Source of the DNA: an uncultured Helicobacteraceae bacterium
GTDB lineage: Bacteria > Campylobacterota > Campylobacteria > Campylobacterales > SZUA-545
Reading direction: 5' to 3'
Assembly (NCBI GenBank): GCA_963542625.1
Contig: CAUTXO010000001.1
Location: forward strand, 3,068 to 67,067
DNA: 64,000 nt
This document shows, in pieces, positions 1 to 9,195 of this stretch; the first letter of the stretch is position 1, and every line of letters starts with the position of its first letter. The notes under the pieces are model-generated. The model made no database searches and had not been told where the DNA came from. It saw only the letters and a list, made by a program, of their open reading frames with translations. The position numbers and the translations under genes are program-made.

Positions 1-1
1 A

Positions 2-367
2 AACGCCGCTGGGATCTCGCGCTCTAGGGTCTATGTGGCAAACATTTTAAAGTGCCGCCCGCCGGGCAACCGCCGCCCGCAAGAAGCCGAAGCCGCCCTT
101 TGCATAGGCTATCTCTTGCGCCAAATAGAGCTCGTGCAGCCTAAAGTCATCTTTTGCCTAGGATCTACTGCCCTGCGCTATCTTTTAAAAACGGACGTCT
201 CCGTTTCGCGCGCAAGGGGCAAGATCTATTCATTTAAAAATATCCCTGTTCTTGTGAGCTTTCACCCAAGCTATTTGCTTAGAAACCCAAGCGCCAAAGG
301 GCTTGCCTACGCCGATTGCCTACTCCTAAAAGATCTGCTGGAAAAAAACGGAATACTTTTAGCTTAA
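2..367 (+). CDS. Uracil-DNA glycosylase family 4, C-terminal part (5' end outside window)
   Basis: The frame is open from base 2. The translation ...VYVANILKCRPPGNRRP...CLGSTALRYLL...SFHPSYLLRNP matches family-4 UDG (SPO1 polymerase-related) signature segments. Confidence 0.7.
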   Translation, partial: NAAGISRSRVYVANILKCRPPGNRRPQEAEAALCIGYLLRQIELVQPKVIFCLGSTALRYLLKTDVSVSRARGKIYSFKNIPVLVSFHPSYLLRNPSAKGLAYADCLLLKDLLEKNGILLA

Positions 368-386
368 TACCCAGCAAAGGACGGAT

Positions 387-1196
387 ATGCAAACAGGATT
401 TTATTCAAACGCGGGCGGTATGGTGGCGCAATTTAACCGCCTAAACGTTGTTTCTAATAACCTTGCAAACCTAAACACGAGCGGCTACAAGCGCGACGAC
501 CTTGTCATTGGCGATTATATGCGCCTTTATAAGGAAAAGCGCGACATTTTGCCCATCGACAATCACACGCGAGACGGTAGCAAGTTTCTAAACCGCTCCA
601 TTATGCGCGTCCCGCACGTGGTGGAGAGCTTTACAGACACGGGCGTTGGCGGCCTAGAGCACACGGGCAATAGCCTAGATCTTGCGCTAAAGGACGCTAA
701 CCTTTACTTCGCCGTGCAAACGCAAGGCGGCGTAAAATACACGCGCAAAGGGAATTTTGTGCTAAATGAAAACGGCGAGATTGCCACGCAAGAAGGAGAC
801 CGGCTGCTTGGTGCAAACGGCGCGCCTATTCGCCTGCCGCACGGGTTTGACATCAACATCACAGACGAAGGCGATATCTACCTAAACAACGAGCAAAACT
901 TGCAAGATGGTGGCGCGGCGGTTGGTAGGGTAAAAGTTGTTAGCTTTGATAACCCAAAATACCTAAAAAAGGTAGGCGACAATTACTACGAAAGCCAGCG
1001 TCCGGAGATCCAGCGAAACGGCGGCGGGCTCATCGCTCAGGGCTTTGTGGAAAAAAGCAACGTCAATGCCGTTAAAGAAATGACCGCGCTCATTGAAATA
1101 AACCGCTTGGCGGGGATGTATCAAAAAGTAATGGATACGCAAATGAACGAACTAAACAGCGACGCTATTGCAAAGCTCGCCACAATAAAAGCTTAA
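387..1196 (+). CDS. Flagellar basal-body rod protein (FlgF / FlgG2 type)
   Basis: ATG with an AAGGA-type RBS. The N-terminus has the rod-protein motif NNLANLNTSGYKRD and the C-terminus has the conserved rod domain (VEKSNVN...EMTALIEINR). It lies directly upstream of flgG, as in Campylobacter. Confidence 0.85.
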   Translation: MQTGFYSNAGGMVAQFNRLNVVSNNLANLNTSGYKRDDLVIGDYMRLYKEKRDILPIDNHTRDGSKFLNRSIMRVPHVVESFTDTGVGGLEHTGNSLDLALKDANLYFAVQTQGGVKYTRKGNFVLNENGEIATQEGDRLLGANGAPIRLPHGFDINITDEGDIYLNNEQNLQDGGAAVGRVKVVSFDNPKYLKKVGDNYYESQRPEIQRNGGGLIAQGFVEKSNVNAVKEMTALIEINRLAGMYQKVMDTQMNELNSDAIAKLATIKA

Positions 1197-1205
1197 GGAG
1201 AGAAA

Positions 1206-1991
1206 ATGCTTAGATCTTTATACACAGCCGCAACGGGAATGAAGGCGCAGCAGCTAGGCGTTGATACCATCGCAAACAACATCGCAAACGTCAATACCAT
1301 TGGCTACAAAAAGCAGCGCGCGGAGTTTTCGGATCTCATCTACCAAACGATGAAATACGCCGGCACAAACACCAGCGCCACCACGCTTAGCCCCACGGGC
1401 ATAGAAGTTGGGCTTGGTGTGCGGCCCACGTCCATACAGCGGATCTTTACCAAAGGCTCATTCAAAGAAACGGGCAACGACCTAGACATCGCTATTAACG
1501 AGCGCGGGTTTTTTCAGATCCAGCTTCCCGATGGCAACATCGGCTACACAAAAGACGGCAGCTTTAAGCTAGACAACACGGGGCAAATCGTAACCTCAGA
1601 CGGCTACCCGCTCATTCCAAACATCGTGCTCCCGCTTGATGCTACCTTTATTCAAGTTGGGCGCGACGGCACGGTGTCTGGGATCTTAGCAGGCGGCGGC
1701 AACGCGCAGTTTGGGCAGATTGAGCTTGCAAACTTCATTAACCCAGCTGGCTTGCACGCGCTAGGCGACAACAACTTTTTAGAAACAGTGGCAAGCGGCG
1801 CGCCCGTTATTGGCATACCAGGGCAAAACGGCTTTGGCGAGACCTTGCAAAAAAGTCTTGAGCTTGCAAATGTGCAGCTTGTTGTTGAAATGACGGATCT
1901 AATCAGCACGCAACGCGCTTATGAAGCCAACTCAAAGTCCATCACCACATCCGACGAAATGCTCCAAACCGTCAATGGACTTAAGCGCTAA
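1206..1991 (+). CDS. flgG: Flagellar distal rod protein FlgG
   Basis: MLRSLYTAATGMKAQQ...NNIANVNTIGYKK at the N-terminus and LELANVQLVVEMTDLISTQRAYEANSK at the C-terminus. RBS is TAAGGAGA. Confidence 0.9.
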   Translation: MLRSLYTAATGMKAQQLGVDTIANNIANVNTIGYKKQRAEFSDLIYQTMKYAGTNTSATTLSPTGIEVGLGVRPTSIQRIFTKGSFKETGNDLDIAINERGFFQIQLPDGNIGYTKDGSFKLDNTGQIVTSDGYPLIPNIVLPLDATFIQVGRDGTVSGILAGGGNAQFGQIELANFINPAGLHALGDNNFLETVASGAPVIGIPGQNGFGETLQKSLELANVQLVVEMTDLISTQRAYEANSKSITTSDEMLQTVNGLKR

Positions 1992-2016
1992 ACGCAAATA
2001 AATTAAAGGAAAAACG

Positions 2017-2610
2017 ATGAAAAAACTACTAATAGCCGGGATCCTTGCGCTATCAGCCGCGGCGCAAGCGCCAAAGCTTTCTTACAGCGAATCTTTCTTG
2101 GAGAAAACGGGCTTTGTTGCAAGCCTTGGGTTTAGCCACGCAAGCGCTAAATTGCACGCTAAAAGCAAGAGCTATGATGATGCTGAAACTCTTAGCGCAA
2201 ATTTACCAAACCTTAGCGCCGGTGTAAAATACGGCAAATTTCTTGCCACCGTCACCATTGAAAACGGCAAGTTAAAAAGCAAAAGCGGCGGCTGGGATAC
2301 AGAATACAAAAGTATGGGCGGGCTATTAAATTTTGACGTGTTGCTTGGCGAAAACGATATTTTTGCCATTCTTGGCGCTGGGATCTCCAAAAACGCATTG
2401 CAAATAAACAGCCAAGAAGAAATAGACGGTTTTAGCTTGGCGCTTAGAGCTGGCGGCGGTTTTGCCAAAAAAATCACAGGTGATACTTACTTTTTTGCAA
2501 CTGGCATTCTTAGATATAGCCCTAAAGTTCTGGACAAAACCTTTGATGACGCTAGCTTTACGCTAAATAAGCTCCTTTCTTTTGGAGCAAACATCGGCAT
2601 TGCGTTTTAG
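2017..2610 (+). CDS. Small outer-membrane beta-barrel protein (putative)
   Basis: Signal peptide MKKLLIAGILALSAAAQA, an alternating amphipathic pattern and a C-terminal ...NIGIAF ending in Phe, typical of OMP beta-barrels. No specific family recognised. Confidence 0.55.
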   Translation: MKKLLIAGILALSAAAQAPKLSYSESFLEKTGFVASLGFSHASAKLHAKSKSYDDAETLSANLPNLSAGVKYGKFLATVTIENGKLKSKSGGWDTEYKSMGGLLNFDVLLGENDIFAILGAGISKNALQINSQEEIDGFSLALRAGGGFAKKITGDTYFFATGILRYSPKVLDKTFDDASFTLNKLLSFGANIGIAF

Positions 2611-2699
2611 GTAGAAACTTACGCCTTAGATTTTGGTCTTTTTCAAGCTCTTTTGATGAGACCAAAACGCATAATGTTTTTATCCAGGCGAGCCAAGAC

Positions 2700-2905
2700 T
2701 ATTAGCAATGAGTGCTAGGATCTAGATGTTTGGATCTAAGCAAGCATAGGATCTACGCCAAATCCAAGATCCTTGCCGCGCCGAAGATCTTGCTAGGATC
2801 TGCACGTGCGTGCTAGTTCTAACCGCACGCCAAAGATCATAGGCGTTCAAGATCTAAGCGCGGGGGGCGGCAAAGCCTAAGATCTAAGCACCAAAGATCT
2901 ACCCG
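2700..2905. repeat. GATC-word-rich intergenic block (RAGATCY array)
   Basis: Lies between the convergent 3' ends of the OMP gene and moeA. Contains repeated aggatct/aagatct/tagatct words separated by gcgc/tagc-type words. Confidence 0.8.
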
Positions 2906-2913
2906 CTGCTAAA

Positions 2914-4164
2914 TTACCTGCTGAAAAAATCTACAAAATCGCTGGTTTGGTGGTCGCGGCTGCTAAAAACCTTTACAAGATCGCCTTTTTTAAAGCCGTT
3001 TGTGCCTTCTTTGCTGACGATAAACGCGTTGCTTAGCGCAAGCGGGCTTATCATACCAGACGAATATTTGTAGCCCTTGTATGGCGCAAATTCCCCCGCG
3101 CTTAGCGTGCCAAAAATCACGTTTGCCCTTTTGCCGCCAAAGGCAAAATCCTCCTTAACGCGCGCGTAAGAAAAGTTGTGGTGGTAAGCCGCCGCGCCCA
3201 TTAGCTTTAAAATAGCAGGCTTGGCAAGGAGCAAATACATCGCCATAGAGCTTAGCGGATTGCCGGGCATTCCCATAAAATACGCGCCCGTTTTGCCGCT
3301 TGTGCCAAAAACGCCGTGCTTGCCGGGCTTTGTTAGGACACCGTGCAGCACCACATCAAGCCCTGCGCGCTCAAAACTGTCTATCGTAAAATCAGCTTCC
3401 CCCACACTCACGCCGCCAAATTCAAGCACAAAATCAAACGCCGCAAGAAGTTTTTTTGCCACCTTTTCTATCTGTTTTTTGTCATCAGGCAGGCTTGGAA
3501 TATACACCGGATCTAGCCCAAGATCCTTTAAAAACGTATAAACGGCGATTGAATTTGAGTTAAAGATCTGGTGCGCGGCGGCGTTTTGCCAAGGCTCTTT
3601 TATCTCATTGCCGCTAGAAACCACCGCAACGCGCGGGCGCGCAAAAACAGGCACCACGCTAAGCCCTTGAGAGGCAATGAGCGCGATTTTTGCCGCATCT
3701 AGCACGGATCCTTTAGCCAAAAGCCCGTCTCCACGCGTGAATTCCTCACCCCTTTTGCGGATATTTGCGCCCTTTTTAATATCCGGCGGCAACAAGATCT
3801 TGCCGTTTTTTTGCGTCTTGACGTCTTCAAATGGCACAACGGCTTCAACGCCACTTTCTACAACCGCGCCCGTCATTATCTTAAACGCCTTGCCGCTTTC
3901 AAGCGCGGCGCCAAGCGGGGCGTCTCCGGCAAAAAATTCAGCGCTAACACTCACTTCTTTGCCCGCGTCGCAAAGCAAAACGCCATAGCCGTCCATCGCG
4001 CTATTGTCAAAGCACGGCAGCTCCTTTTGCACGATGAGATCTTGCGCTAAGATCCGCCCGCGCGCGTTAAAAATACTGACGTATTCACTTAATTTCACGG
4101 GCTCAATGTGCGCCAAAACCTTATCCAAAGCCTCTTCAAGCGGGGCTAGCTTGATTTTTTTCAT
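2914..4164 (-). CDS. moeA: Molybdopterin molybdenumtransferase MoeA
   Basis: 416 aa. Contains the CFDNSAMDGYGV motif and the MoeA domain order. Divergent from moaA. Confidence 0.85.
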   Translation of the reverse strand: MKKIKLAPLEEALDKVLAHIEPVKLSEYVSIFNARGRILAQDLIVQKELPCFDNSAMDGYGVLLCDAGKEVSVSAEFFAGDAPLGAALESGKAFKIMTGAVVESGVEAVVPFEDVKTQKNGKILLPPDIKKGANIRKRGEEFTRGDGLLAKGSVLDAAKIALIASQGLSVVPVFARPRVAVVSSGNEIKEPWQNAAAHQIFNSNSIAVYTFLKDLGLDPVYIPSLPDDKKQIEKVAKKLLAAFDFVLEFGGVSVGEADFTIDSFERAGLDVVLHGVLTKPGKHGVFGTSGKTGAYFMGMPGNPLSSMAMYLLLAKPAILKLMGAAAYHHNFSYARVKEDFAFGGKRANVIFGTLSAGEFAPYKGYKYSSGMISPLALSNAFIVSKEGTNGFKKGDLVKVFSSRDHQTSDFVDFFSR

Positions 4165-4216
4165 CCATATTCCTTTAGAATTTTTTTGTATTATAAGGTT
4201 TTTTTAAAGGTAAATA

Positions 4217-5164
4217 GTGCTGATAGACACCTACGGGCGGAGCGTGGATTACATACGGATCTCCGTCACAAGCCGCTGCAACTTTAAATGCGCCTACTGT
4301 ATGCCCTGCGCCGAAGACGCTAGTGAAGACGCCCTAAGTCTTGACGAGCTGTTTTTTGTGGCTAGTATTGCCGTGAAAAATGGGATCAAAAAAATACGCA
4401 TAACAGGTGGCGAGCCCTTGCTACGAAAGGATTTGCCGGAGTTCATTCAAAGGCTTCACACCGCCGCGCCGCACGTGGAAATTAACCTAACCACAAACGG
4501 CTATTTGTTGCAAGAATACGCCACCGCACTTGCGCGCGCGGGGCTAAAAAGGGTGAATGTCTCGCTAGATACGCTTGACCCTGTGCGCTTTAAGCTCATC
4601 ACAAAATACGACGCTTTGCAAAGGGTGCTTGGCGGCATTGGCGCGGCGGGGCAAGCGGGGCTAAAAATCAAGCTAAATACCGTCGTTATGGGCGGGATCA
4701 ACGACGATGAGATCATAAGCTTGCTTGAATTTGCCGGGCAAAAAAGGTTATTTTTACGCTTTATTGAATTTATGCCAAATGTTTATGCTAGCAGCAAGCT
4801 ACGAACCGTTACGGCAAAAGAAATTTTGCAGATAATCGGCGCGAAATATGAGTATAAAAAAATAGAAAAGGATCTTTTTGGCCCGGCTAGCTTATTTGAG
4901 CTAAAAAACGGGCAGGCGTTTGGGATAATCGAGCCGCACAAGGACGATTTTTGCAAGACGTGCAACCGCCTAAGGCTCACGGCAAACGGGAATTTTGTGC
5001 CTTGCCTTTTTTACGATGACTCGCTAAACGTGAAAAACGCCGCCGCGCAAAAGGACGCCAGCAAAATAGAGGCGATCTTAAAAGACGCTGTGATGAAAAA
5101 GCCTGAAAAAAACCTTTGGACGGAGCAGGTGTCAAACAGAGCCTTTTGGGAGACGGGCGGGTAG
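4217..5164 (+). CDS. moaA: GTP 3',8-cyclase MoaA (radical SAM)
   Basis: SVTSRCNFKCAYCMP CX3CX2C motif near the N-terminus, a C-terminal Cys cluster (FCKTCNRLRLTANG) and a terminal ETGG. GTG start. Confidence 0.9.
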   Translation: MLIDTYGRSVDYIRISVTSRCNFKCAYCMPCAEDASEDALSLDELFFVASIAVKNGIKKIRITGGEPLLRKDLPEFIQRLHTAAPHVEINLTTNGYLLQEYATALARAGLKRVNVSLDTLDPVRFKLITKYDALQRVLGGIGAAGQAGLKIKLNTVVMGGINDDEIISLLEFAGQKRLFLRFIEFMPNVYASSKLRTVTAKEILQIIGAKYEYKKIEKDLFGPASLFELKNGQAFGIIEPHKDDFCKTCNRLRLTANGNFVPCLFYDDSLNVKNAAAQKDASKIEAILKDAVMKKPEKNLWTEQVSNRAFWETGG

Positions 5165-5596
5165 GCGCTTAAGATCTTGCGCCTTGAGATGGTTTAGATC
5201 CTAGCACAAAGAACTAGCGCAAGATCTTGCGCTTTGCGTGGCTTGGATCTTAGCCAGGGCTCAAAATCTTGCGCCTTGAAAGGGCTTGGTCCTAGCGCGC
5301 CAAAGATCCAGCACCAAGCACTAGCGCTAGATCTAACTCAAGATCTAGTAAAGATCCAAAGCTTGCACGGCTTTACCTTTGGCGCGCTTAAGATCTAGCC
5401 CCTAAGATCTTGCCAAGCCGCGCCTAAGTTTGCGCCTAGATCTAGGATCCGTCAAGATCTAAGGCTGCCTAAGATCTTAGATCTAAGACAAAAGAGCCAA
5501 AAATCTAGCACTAAGCACTAGCGCTAGATCTCGCCAAGATCCACAGCACCAGCTTAGATCTAGCCCTAAGATCTTGCTAACTAGCCCCAAAGCCAG
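5165..5596. repeat. GATC-word-rich intergenic block (RAGATCY array)
   Basis: About 19 GATC in 431 nt by hand count, against about 1.7 expected. Includes the perfect 16-nt palindrome gcgcaagatcttgcgc at 5217-5232. Lies between convergent gene ends. Confidence 0.85.
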
Positions 5597-6514
5597 CTAA
5601 TCTGCTTGCTCGTTTAACATTTTGTATTTATCGCAACCCTGCCCAAAGCCCAAATCACAAGCCTTGCTGAATAACTCCTTTGCCGTTTGCTTGTCTTTTT
5701 TGACGCCTTGCCCGTTGTAGTATAAAGCCCCTAAATTAAAGCAAGCGCCGCCATATCCTAGCTCGCAAGCCTTTTGCCAAAACTCGGCTGCCTTTTTGTA
5801 ATTCTGTTTTACGCCATCTGTGCCGTGATAATATGAATGCCCCAATACGTAGCAAGCCTCGCCGTGCCCCAGCTCGCAAGCTTTTTCAAACAGCGCAGCC
5901 GCTTTTTTTAGATCTTGCCCCACGCCCCTTCCACGCTTATAGAAAGCCCCTAAATTAAAGCAGCTCTCGCCATCGCCTAATTCGCAGGCTTTTTCAAACA
6001 GTGCGGCTGCTTTTTCGTCGCTTTGCTCCACGCCCAGCCCATCTCTATACAAAATGCCTAAATTGGCGCAAGCTATGCCATTCCCCATCTCGCAGGCTTT
6101 TTTGAAAAATTCGCGCGCTTTTTTATAGTCTTGCGTTACACCTTGTCCTTGCGCGCATAAAACCCCAAGATTATGGCAAGCGCCCATATCTCCCAGCTCG
6201 CAAGCCCTTTGCCAAAACTTGACCGCCTTTTGTAGATCTTGCGCTACGCCCTGTTCTCTTATGTATAAAACTCCCGCACTAAAGCAAGCTTCCCCATCGC
6301 CTAGCGCGCAAGCTTTTTCAAAGAGTTTAAGCGCTTTTTCGTCGCTTTGCTCCACGCCCAGCCCATTTGCATATAAAACTCCCAAATCAAAGCAAGCCGG
6401 GTAAAACCCAAGCGCACAAGCTTTTTCGTAAAACTTGGCATCTCTTTTGTGATCTTGCTTGCGTTTGATTTTATCTAAGCCAAGTGCTTTAAAAATTGCA
6501 CGTAAAAATCCCAT
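5597..6514 (-). CDS. Sel1-repeat, cysteine-rich protein (Hcp-like)
   Basis: About eight tandem repeats of roughly 36 aa of the form KAxxxFxKACELGxGxACxNLGxLYxxGxGVxQD with paired Cys. No obvious signal peptide. Confidence 0.85.
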   Translation of the reverse strand: MGFLRAIFKALGLDKIKRKQDHKRDAKFYEKACALGFYPACFDLGVLYANGLGVEQSDEKALKLFEKACALGDGEACFSAGVLYIREQGVAQDLQKAVKFWQRACELGDMGACHNLGVLCAQGQGVTQDYKKAREFFKKACEMGNGIACANLGILYRDGLGVEQSDEKAAALFEKACELGDGESCFNLGAFYKRGRGVGQDLKKAAALFEKACELGHGEACYVLGHSYYHGTDGVKQNYKKAAEFWQKACELGYGGACFNLGALYYNGQGVKKDKQTAKELFSKACDLGFGQGCDKYKMLNEQAD

Positions 6515-6691
6515 TTATTGCCCTTTAACTAACGCCCGCATTATGCCGCGCCTGCTCTAAAAGCTTGCGCCCAAAGGTTTCTTGCGCCAAGAACGGCAAA
6601 AGTTTTAAATCTGTAGCGCTTTTTCAGTTAGTGTTAATAAAATTATTGCAATAATCACGCCGTATAAAAATTATTATTTAAGGAAAAGCAA

Positions 6692-7009
6692 ATGGGACAA
6701 GCTATTGAATTAACTGCCGAGAATTTCGACAGCACAGTTAGCGAAGGCGTTGTTGTAGTAGATTTTTGGGCACCTTGGTGCGGACCTTGTAGAATGGTCG
6801 GACCTGTTATCGAAGAATTAGCAGGCGATTTTAAAGGCAAAGTAAAGGTTTGCAAGGTAAATACTGATGAAAACCAAGACATTGCCGTTAAATTTGGCAT
6901 AAGATCCATACCTACTATTATGTTTTTCAAAGACGGTGAGCAAAAAGATATGATTATAGGTGCCGCTGGCAAAGATTCCTTTGTAGAAAAAATCAACGCC
7001 CTGCTCTAA
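6692..7009 (+). CDS. trxA: Thioredoxin
   Basis: 105 aa. VVDFWAPWCGPCRM active site. Confidence 0.95.
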   Translation: MGQAIELTAENFDSTVSEGVVVVDFWAPWCGPCRMVGPVIEELAGDFKGKVKVCKVNTDENQDIAVKFGIRSIPTIMFFKDGEQKDMIIGAAGKDSFVEKINALL

Positions 7010-7017
7010 GGTAAGGC

Positions 7018-7461
7018 TTGATTTACAAAAACCAAAGATACGGTAAATTATTTTTTACCTCCTTTTTTGGTGCTTTAATGGTAGCAGTGGCCTTTGGCTA
7101 CTCAAGCTACCGTTATAGCCGTTTTAATTTTCTTGACTTTTCACAACTCACACTTTATGAAAAATTAGACGTATTTGCGCCAAAGGCGGACGAATACATT
7201 CTGATTTTTTACTCATCAAAACAAACTGATCTAAGCCTAGTTACAAAAAAAATAAACGCGGGCAATACGCCGATTTTGGCGATTGACTTTGCGCAAAATG
7301 TGCGCCAAAGTAGCAAGGATCTAACCGTCATCACAGGTGGTTTTAACGAGCTTTTAAAGGTCGTTCATAAAATGCGCGTAACGCACCTTCCAAGCGCACT
7401 CTACATTAAAAAAGAGAGAAACGCCCTGTATAAACAAAACAGTAGTTTCTTAATGTTATAA
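7018..7461 (+). CDS. Hypothetical membrane-anchored protein
   Basis: TTG start 9 nt after trxA. One N-terminal hydrophobic helix (LFFTSFFGALMVAVAFGY). No recognisable motif. Supported only by ORF length and its position between trxA and trxB. Confidence 0.4.
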   Translation: MIYKNQRYGKLFFTSFFGALMVAVAFGYSSYRYSRFNFLDFSQLTLYEKLDVFAPKADEYILIFYSSKQTDLSLVTKKINAGNTPILAIDFAQNVRQSSKDLTVITGGFNELLKVVHKMRVTHLPSALYIKKERNALYKQNSSFLML

Positions 7462-7492
7462 TCCGCGCTAATTCAATTTTTGGAGATAAATT

Positions 7493-8422
7493 ATGATAGA
7501 TCTAGCAATTGTAGGCGGCGGGCCAGCAGGGCTTACAGCCGGTTTATACGCAACAAGAGGCGGTTTGAAAAACGTAATTATGTTTGAGCCTGGAATGCCC
7601 GGCGGGCAAATCACAAGCTCAAGCGAGATAGAAAATTACCCCGGTCAGCTAGAGGTGGTAAGCGGCTTGGATCTTATGCAAGATTGGCCTAAGCAAGCGC
7701 AAAAATTCGGGCTAAAACACGAGATGAAAGAAGTTCTAAGCATTCAAAAGGTGCAAGATACTTTTGTTTTGGAGCTTTCCGACAAAACAAGCGTTGAAGC
7801 CGCGAGCGTCATCGTGGCAACCGGTAGCGTCCCTAAAAAGGGCGGCTTTAAAGGCGAGAGCGAATTTTTTGGACGCGGGATTAGCACCTGTGCCACTTGC
7901 GACGGCTTTTTCTACAAAAACAAAGAAGTTGCAATGATAGGCGGCGGCGACAGCGCGCTTGAAGAGGCAATTTATATGAGCCACATCGCGTCAAAGGTGT
8001 ATTTGATCCACAGGAGAGATAGTTTTAGAGCCTCTCCGACAACCGTTGCAAGAGTGAAAGAAAACGACAAAATAGAGCTAGTTTTAAATGCTGCGGTTGA
8101 AGAAGTTTTTGGCGATACTTCTGGCGTTAGCGGCGTGAGAGTAAAAACACCAGATGGCGAAAGGACGATTAACGTCCCAGGCGTTTTTGTTTTCGTCGGC
8201 AGAGACGTAAAAAACTCTATTTTAAAAGACAAAAACGGGAATTTTATCTGCGAGATGACGCAAAACGGTCAGGTAAAAACGGATCTTAAAATGCACACAA
8301 GCCTAAAGGGGCTTTTTGTGGCGGGCGATGTGCGCGAAGATGCCGCGCGCCAAGTTGTTTGCGCCGCTAGCGACGGAGCCGTTGCCGCACTAGAAGCAAT
8401 CGCCTTTTTGCAAGGGCATTAA
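7493..8422 (+). CDS. trxB: Thioredoxin-disulfide reductase
   Basis: GGGPAG FAD motif, CATCDG redox-active site and GGGDSALEEA NADPH motif. Confidence 0.95.
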   Translation: MIDLAIVGGGPAGLTAGLYATRGGLKNVIMFEPGMPGGQITSSSEIENYPGQLEVVSGLDLMQDWPKQAQKFGLKHEMKEVLSIQKVQDTFVLELSDKTSVEAASVIVATGSVPKKGGFKGESEFFGRGISTCATCDGFFYKNKEVAMIGGGDSALEEAIYMSHIASKVYLIHRRDSFRASPTTVARVKENDKIELVLNAAVEEVFGDTSGVSGVRVKTPDGERTINVPGVFVFVGRDVKNSILKDKNGNFICEMTQNGQVKTDLKMHTSLKGLFVAGDVREDAARQVVCAASDGAVAALEAIAFLQGH

Positions 8423-9195
8423 TGATAAGGGTTGGCATACACGGCGGATCCGGTAGGGTCGGCAATATGCTCATTGACGCGCTTAGTAGCGCCAAAGATC
8501 TTGCGCTTGCTTGCGTTTATGTGAGAAGCCGCGTCAATTTTACCGCCACGCAAGACGTTTTAGTCACAAACTCGCTAGAAGAATTTCTAAAGCATAGCGA
8601 CGTAGTCGTGGATTTTACAAGCCCAGGTGGCACGCAAAACCTTTTGGCAAAGGCAATTGAGTTTAAACCAACGTCGCTTGTTGTGGGCACGACGGGGCTT
8701 GGCGCAGATCTAATGGGCTTGCTAAATGAAGCGGCGCAAAAAATGCCCGTTTTTTACGCTACAAATATGTCCTTAGGCGTCGCGGTTTTAAACCGGCTTG
8801 TTTTTGAAGCGAGCAAGATCTTAAGGGATTTTGACGCCGAAATTTACGAAATGCACCACCGCCACAAAAAGGACGCGCCAAGCGGGACGGCGCTAACGCT
8901 TGCAAAAAGCGTAGCAGCAGCAAGGGGCTTAGATCTTGACGCCGTGCGAGTTAGCGCAAGGGACGGCATAACCGGCGAGCGCACAAAAGACGAGATAGCC
9001 GTTATGTCTTTTAGGGGCGGAGATATCGTCGGCGAGCACACCGTCGGGTTTTACTCAAGCGGCGAGTTTTTGCGGCTTTCACACACCGCGACCGATAGAA
9101 AAACCTTTGCACTTGGCGCGCTAAAAGCGGCGGCGTGGCTAAGCAGCAAAAAAAACGGGCTTTATTCAATCAAAGATCTGTTGCAATTTGAATAG
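8422..9195 (+). CDS. dapB: 4-hydroxy-tetrahydrodipicolinate reductase
   Basis: GxxGRVG N-terminus and the EMHHRHKKDAPSGTAL signature. TAATG overlap with trxB. Confidence 0.9.
   Translation: MIRVGIHGGSGRVGNMLIDALSSAKDLALACVYVRSRVNFTATQDVLVTNSLEEFLKHSDVVVDFTSPGGTQNLLAKAIEFKPTSLVVGTTGLGADLMGLLNEAAQKMPVFYATNMSLGVAVLNRLVFEASKILRDFDAEIYEMHHRHKKDAPSGTALTLAKSVAAARGLDLDAVRVSARDGITGERTKDEIAVMSFRGGDIVGEHTVGFYSSGEFLRLSHTATDRKTFALGALKAAAWLSSKKNGLYSIKDLLQFE

Noticed and set aside
2045-2477. 60-aa + strand and 101-aa minus-strand ORFs inside the OMP gene
   Set aside because: They are alternative-frame or antisense ORFs within the better supported ORF that carries a signal peptide.
5165-5596. GATC-rich blocks as CRISPR arrays
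   Set aside because: There is no constant-length direct repeat alternating with unique spacers. The words are 7-8 nt, irregularly spaced and palindromic, and no cas genes are present in the window.
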